A stretch of DNA of 64,000 nt, taken from NCBI RefSeq assembly GCF_032444005.1, contig NC_091286.1, positions 50,096,001-50,160,000 on the forward strand. The letters run 5' to 3'. Origin of the DNA: Ranitomeya imitator. Taxonomy: Eukaryota. The notes under the pieces were generated by a model. It was not told where the DNA came from and did not search any database. It saw nothing but the letters and a program-made list of their open reading frames with translations. Below are positions 58,985 to 64,000 of this stretch, piece by piece. Every line of letters starts with the position of its first letter. Positions within the stretch are counted from its first letter, which is position 1. A program made the position numbers and the translations under genes.

Positions 58985-61262
58985 AAAATCTGCAAGTGTG
59001 CACTGAATGCGTCTGATATGTGAGCAATGTGTGCTATATGCATAATATGGGAGCAGTGTGTGCTTTACAGGTCTGATATGTGAGTGGTGTGTGCTGTATG
59101 TGTCTAATATGTGAGTAGTCTGCACTGTATGTGTCTAAGATGTGTACGGTGTGTGCTGTATGTGTCTAATATGTGAGTAGTCTGCACTCTATGCGCTTAA
59201 TATGTGTACGGTGTGTGCTGTATGTGTCTAATGTGTGAGCAGTGTGTGCCTTATGTGTCTAATATATGAGTGGTTTGCGCTGTATGTGTCTAACATGTGA
59301 GCGGTGTGTGCTGTGTGTCTACTATGTGGGCAGTATGTGTGCTGTATGTATCTAATATGTGAATGGCTTTTGTGCTGTATGTATCTCATATGTATGAGGT
59401 GTGTGCTGTATGTGTCTAATATGTAAGTGATGTATGCGCTGTATGTGTCTAATATGTGAGCAGTGTGTGCTGTATGTGTCTAATATGTGAGCAGTGTGTT
59501 CTGTATGTGTCTAATATGTGAGTAGTCTGCACTGTATGTGTCTAATATGTGAGTGATGCAGGGCCGGCTCCAGGTTTTTGAGGGCCCCGGGCAAAAGAGT
59601 CTCAGTGGGCCCCCCCTTTAACACAAACCATGATTCATGATGCACGTAGTATATAACACAGCCCACATAGTATATAACACAGGCACCACACGTAGTATAT
59701 AGCACAGCCACGTAGTACATAACACAGGCAGCCCGCATAGTATATAACACAGCCACGTAGTATATAACACAGCCACGTAGTATATAACACAGCCACGTAG
59801 TATATAACACAGGCACCCCACGTAGTATATCACACAGCCCATGTAGTACATAACACAGGCAGCCCACGTAGTATATAGCACAGCCACGTAGTATATAACA
59901 CAGCCACGTAGTATATAACACAGCTACGTAGTATATAACACAGCCACATAGTACATAACACATGCAACCCACGTAGTATATAGCACAGCCACGTAGTATT
60001 TAACACAGCCACATAGTATATAGCACAGCCACGTAGTATATAAAACAGCCACATAGTATATAACACAGCCACGTAGTATATAACACAGCCCCGTGACATA
60101 GTATAACAGCCCACGTAATATATGACACAGGCAGCCTACGTAGTATATAGCACACAGCCACGTAGTATATAACACAGCCCTGTGACGTAGTATAACACAG
60201 CCCACATAGTATATAGCACAGCCACATAGTATATAACACAGCCACGTAGTATATAACACAGCCCTGTGACGTAGTATAACACAGCCCACGTAGTATATGC
60301 ACAGCCACGTAGTATATAACACAGCCCCATTACGTAGTATATAACACAACCCCATGATGTAGTATATAACACTCCCCACGTAGTATATAGCACAGGCAGC
60401 CCACATAGTATATAGCACAGCCAACCATGTAGTATATAGTCTACAAGTCCCAGCATCACTCAGATGCCATACTGTAGGTCTGTGTAGTGTAGGACAACAA
60501 GGCCTAAGCAGGCTGCATCCCCCGCAATGCTTTGGGACCAGGAAGGAAGACTCACTGCTTCACTTTCTCAGTCACAACTCATGCCATCGCCCGACTGTTG
60601 TGGACACAGGGTGCACTGACTGCTGCTCGTCTTTCTGCTGCTTGGCGCTGCCACGCTGGACCTGGACGGTGGACCGTGTTACGACGATCTGTGAGCTCTT
60701 CACTCTTCACTCTCACCCGGAAGCGATGACCGCTGGCCCGGAAGTGACTCCCCATGGTGAGTATTCCTGCAGCTGCGCAGCGTCAGTCCCCGGAGAGCTC
60801 TGTGTGTCGCCTCCTGCTGCTGGGGATGTCATCTCCAGCTCTGCCTCCGAGTCCTGGCTGGGAGTTGACTGTGTAGTCACACTGCACACTAGCACAGGAA
60901 TGTAGTCCGGCTTCAGGGCCCCCCAGGAACGCCTGATGTGCATCAGTGACCATCAGTGTTGTACCGTTAAGGGCCCCTCTGTCTTGCCAGGGCCCCGGCA
61001 CTTGCTCGGGTGCACCGGGTGCTGACGCCGGCCCTGGAGTGATGTGTGCGCTGCATGTGTCTAATATGTGAGCAGTATGTGCTGTATGTGTCTAATATGT
61101 GAGTAGTCTGCACTGTATGTGTCTAATATGTGTACGGTGTGTGCTGTATGTGTCTAATATGTGAGTAGTCTGCCCTGTATGTGTCTAATATGTGAGTAGT
61201 TTGCACTGTATGTGTCTAATATGTGTACGGTGTGTGCTGTATGTGTCAAATATGTGAGTATA
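58985..61262. repeat. 31-bp minisatellite split by a hAT MITE
   Basis: Unit CAGTGTGTGCTGTATGTGTCTAATATGTGAG on both sides of the insertion. Confidence 0.9.
59559..61036. mobile_element. hAT-superfamily MITE with minisatellite and CpG core
   Basis: GAGTGATG|CAGGGCCGGC...GCCGGCCCTG|GAGTGATG: exact 8-bp duplication and 10-bp TIR. Confidence 0.93.
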
Positions 61263-61269
61263 TTATTGA

Positions 61270-63680
61270 AAAAAACCTAGCACTCAACTTTGATGCTTAT
61301 GTGCAGTTTTTATTGTAGTACCCAATAAACGTTTCGGTCCTTCACACGGACCTTCGTCAGTAACTACATGTGACAACAAATAACCAAAATTACCAAAACA
61401 AACAAAAAACATAAACAAAGTATGTACATGGCATGGAGGGAAAAAAACAACGGCATCAGTAACAACGCTGGTCATAGATGCTGAAGAGAACCAAAACGAG
61501 TAAAGAGGCACAAGACTGTTCCACGGGATAAAATAGGAGAGGAAGAGGAAAGAACAAGGTGGTGTAAGGCACGTACCATACTATACTGTGGTGAGGGCAC
61601 AGAGACTGATATGTCTCGGGGCACTATAGAATGCAGCGCCTAGAAATCATGGGAGAGTGAGATGTGAAGCCTACCTACAGAGTAGTGATAAGAGAGAGTG
61701 TTATTATGTGCGTACCTAATGCGAGCGCTGGACCGGATACCAGGCTGGGGGAAAAAAAACGGATGAAATGTGGTGAGGATACATACCAGAATGCTATATT
61801 AGAGCTGTCATGCTGCGCTTGAGGGTGGTTACCTGAAAGGGGTTAACGAGTTGTGCCAATATCAGACGCGGAGTCCACCGCTGGTCTGATAGGGGGGAGG
61901 GAGAACCGCCAATAAATACACAGAGGGAGGGGCCACAACAGCTGAATAGCCAGTAGGCTGTGTGGGTGGTGGACCGGAAGTGACATTTCCCAGTCCGAGT
62001 GGCGCTGTGAAGGAAGCGTGCGGCTATGTTATGTTGCCGAGCTAGCGGAAGTCACGTGTGTGCGTCTCAGTTCCCAGAAGAATAGGCTACGGAAAACAGG
62101 TTCCACCTAACATGATGCACATCTAGAAGATCACAGACAGCGAGGCGGGGTGGTGCTTAGCGGAGATCCACAGTGATTGGTGGAGGATCTCCGTGGTGTA
62201 AGTGCTCATTCTGCACAGCGGTCAGCCGGACAATTACTAGACGGAGTGATGAAAACAGACTTAGTCCAGTGTGCTCTATAAGTGGCAGTAACGCGGTCTC
62301 AATACATACGGCTCTAATAATAGAAGAGAGAAACACAGTTACTTATGTTATACATACACACATTTGTCAAGTTAGAAATAAGTAATTATCTGAGAGGAAG
62401 TGGCACCTAATAAACGATTACTTATATTATACATATACGTAAAGTCATATTATAATAAGGTTGCCATTATAGAAAAAGTTGCGCTGAATATACTGTAAGA
62501 CCGGTAATTAGTAGTGACCCGGTATGGAGAAAATAAAATAAAATGAAATAAAATAAGATAAAATAGAATAAACGTAGACGACCTCATGTAGAGACCTACA
62601 GACGAGAGATGTGGATGTACTAACGGAAGAAGCTACCCAAGCAAATATTTAGAGAAATGACGCCAAATCGTAATCTCTGTTGAGACCCAATGGGTGAAGG
62701 GTCTCCAACGTGTGGATCCAAAATGCCTCCCTCCGTTTTAGGCGGGCCACCCTGTCTCCACCACGTCTGATAGGGGGGACGTGTTCAATGACCTGAAACT
62801 ATAATTGTGAGACATTGTGACCTTGAGTATGGAAGTGTGACGGTATGGGTAGTAGAAGGTTTTTACAACGAATCGTGGACTTGTGCTTAGAGATACGATT
62901 GCGTATTGCTTGCGTGGTTTCCCCCACGTATAGAAGTCCACACGGACATTTGATCAGATATATAACCCAAGATGAGGCGCAGGTGAAGTAATCTGGAATA
63001 CGGAACACTTTGCCCGAGCGAGGATGGTGAAATGAGGAGCCCTTGAGGACATTATGGCACTGAGAGCAATTGAGGCACGGAAAAGTCCCTGTGCGGGGAT
63101 TCTGTAAACAACTTTGGCGAGGGGACGATTTACCGGATCCCACGTCTGCCCTTACCAATGAATCTTTCAGCTTGGGTGGGCGCTTAAAACAGGGGAGAAA
63201 TGGGTTTTGAAATTCTGGAACGTGAGGGTGGGCTTTGGACAGTAAATGCCAGTTTTGGCGTATGGACCTGTGTAGTATATAAGCAAATGGGTGATAAGAA
63301 TGAACAAAGGGGACCCGATTAGTAGCTTTATTGGGTCGTGGGAGTGGCGGTGAAATGGCTTGTTGTAGAACAGATGATGGATAGCCTCGTTGGGTAAATT
63401 TGGTGGCCATTTCTTGTAAATGGAGTGGCCGTAAATCCGTGTCCGACACGATTTTAGAGACCCGATAGAATTGGGACTTGGGTACCGATTTCTTAGTGGC
63501 AGGGGGGTGAAAACTGGTAAAGTGTAATAAACTATTACGGTCGGTACTTTTTGTGTACAGGTCGGTTGAAATGGAGCCGTCCGGCTGGAGGATGACCATA
63601 GTGTCAAGGAAGTTAATCCGGGTGGAATCATGGGACATGGTAAAAGAGATGCCCGGCCAGGCCATGTTAAGGAACCTACC
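61270..63680 (-). mobile_element. Penelope-like element 3' half (RT thumb, GIY-YIG endonuclease, pLTR)
   Basis: NFLD..LYTKSTDRNSLLHFTSFHP; CPCGLLYVGET..RISKH; after one in-frame stop ...REAFWIHTLETLHPLGLN, ending at 62649. Confidence 0.92.
61328..61360 (-). ncRNA. Minimal type I hammerhead ribozyme motif (PLE pLTR)
   Basis: CUGACGA-A-GGUCC-GUGUGAA-GGACC-GAAACGUUU: intact core, 5-bp stem II, palindromic stem III; AATAAA about 15 nt downstream. Confidence 0.8.
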
Positions 63681-63759
63681 TTAGCACCATGTTACCAGTA
63701 GTGCTCACGGTTTTTTCTACGAAATATTGTTTCCCCTACGTGGAGCACACTGACGGGTC

Positions 63760-64000
63760 ATGACCACGTTTTCTTATAATGCAGAAGAGACCTCGAGTAT
63801 CCTGGCACGTTCCACTTTTAACAGTGATTTTCTTAAAATCCCTCCAAGAGAAACTAGGGGGAGAGATTTAGAACGGGAGCTCGGCACTTCACAAACATTG
63901 AATTACACTGTGCTACACTTACCGAATACCTTCGAGCACAACGGATCCCTAGGGGTCTGCGGGTTCCACTACGTCCCACACTGTTTCGGGACTCCTCTGA
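63760..64000 (+). pseudogene. Penelope-like ORF N-terminus in opposite orientation, continuing beyond the window
   Basis: MTTFSYNAEETSSIL...; after a frameshift ELHCATLTEYLRAQRIPRGLRVPLRPTLFRD, the N-terminal IPRGL motif of vertebrate PLE ORFs. Confidence 0.8.

Noticed and set aside
59511-60459. Tyr/Cys-rich ORFs
   Set aside because: 20-bp minisatellite in a hAT MITE.
46571-64000. LHCGR exon 9 (PSHCCAF)
   Set aside because: Not found by eye; presumed beyond the window, making intron 9 longer than 17 kb.

Overview
Vertebrate genomic DNA, most likely from a frog. The repeat families and the two proteins look anuran; a narrower species call is not supportable. Two host genes converge tail-to-tail, as in the human STON1-GTF2A1L / LHCGR locus. 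GTF2A1L (ALF, germ-cell TFIIA-alpha/beta-like) has its last three coding exons on + (5188-5424, 9384-9473, 21214-21321). LHCGR has its 7TM exon 11 (39419-40550) and an 81-bp hinge exon 10 (46490-46570, not in the ORF track) on -. Most of the rest is transposon-derived: piggyBac-like, Harbinger-like, hAT, Tigger-like, T2/Kolobok-like and Helitron non-autonomous elements, Tc1 relics, a DIRS element interrupted by an L1, a composite Gmr1-type Gypsy element, CR1/L2 fragments, and Penelope-like elements with hammerhead motifs. There are no prokaryotic features or CRISPR arrays. The most interesting signals are: (1) non-autonomous elements of several superfamilies share a CpG-rich palindromic core bracketed by outward-facing, near-perfect U1 5' splice sites, and visibly exchange modules; (2) paired loss of two hinge cysteines in LHCGR; (3) a 210-bp near-perfect fold-back inside Gmr1 gag; (4) a hammerhead with an intact core, sense to LHCGR, and a head-to-head inverted Penelope element. 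All alignments were done by eye.
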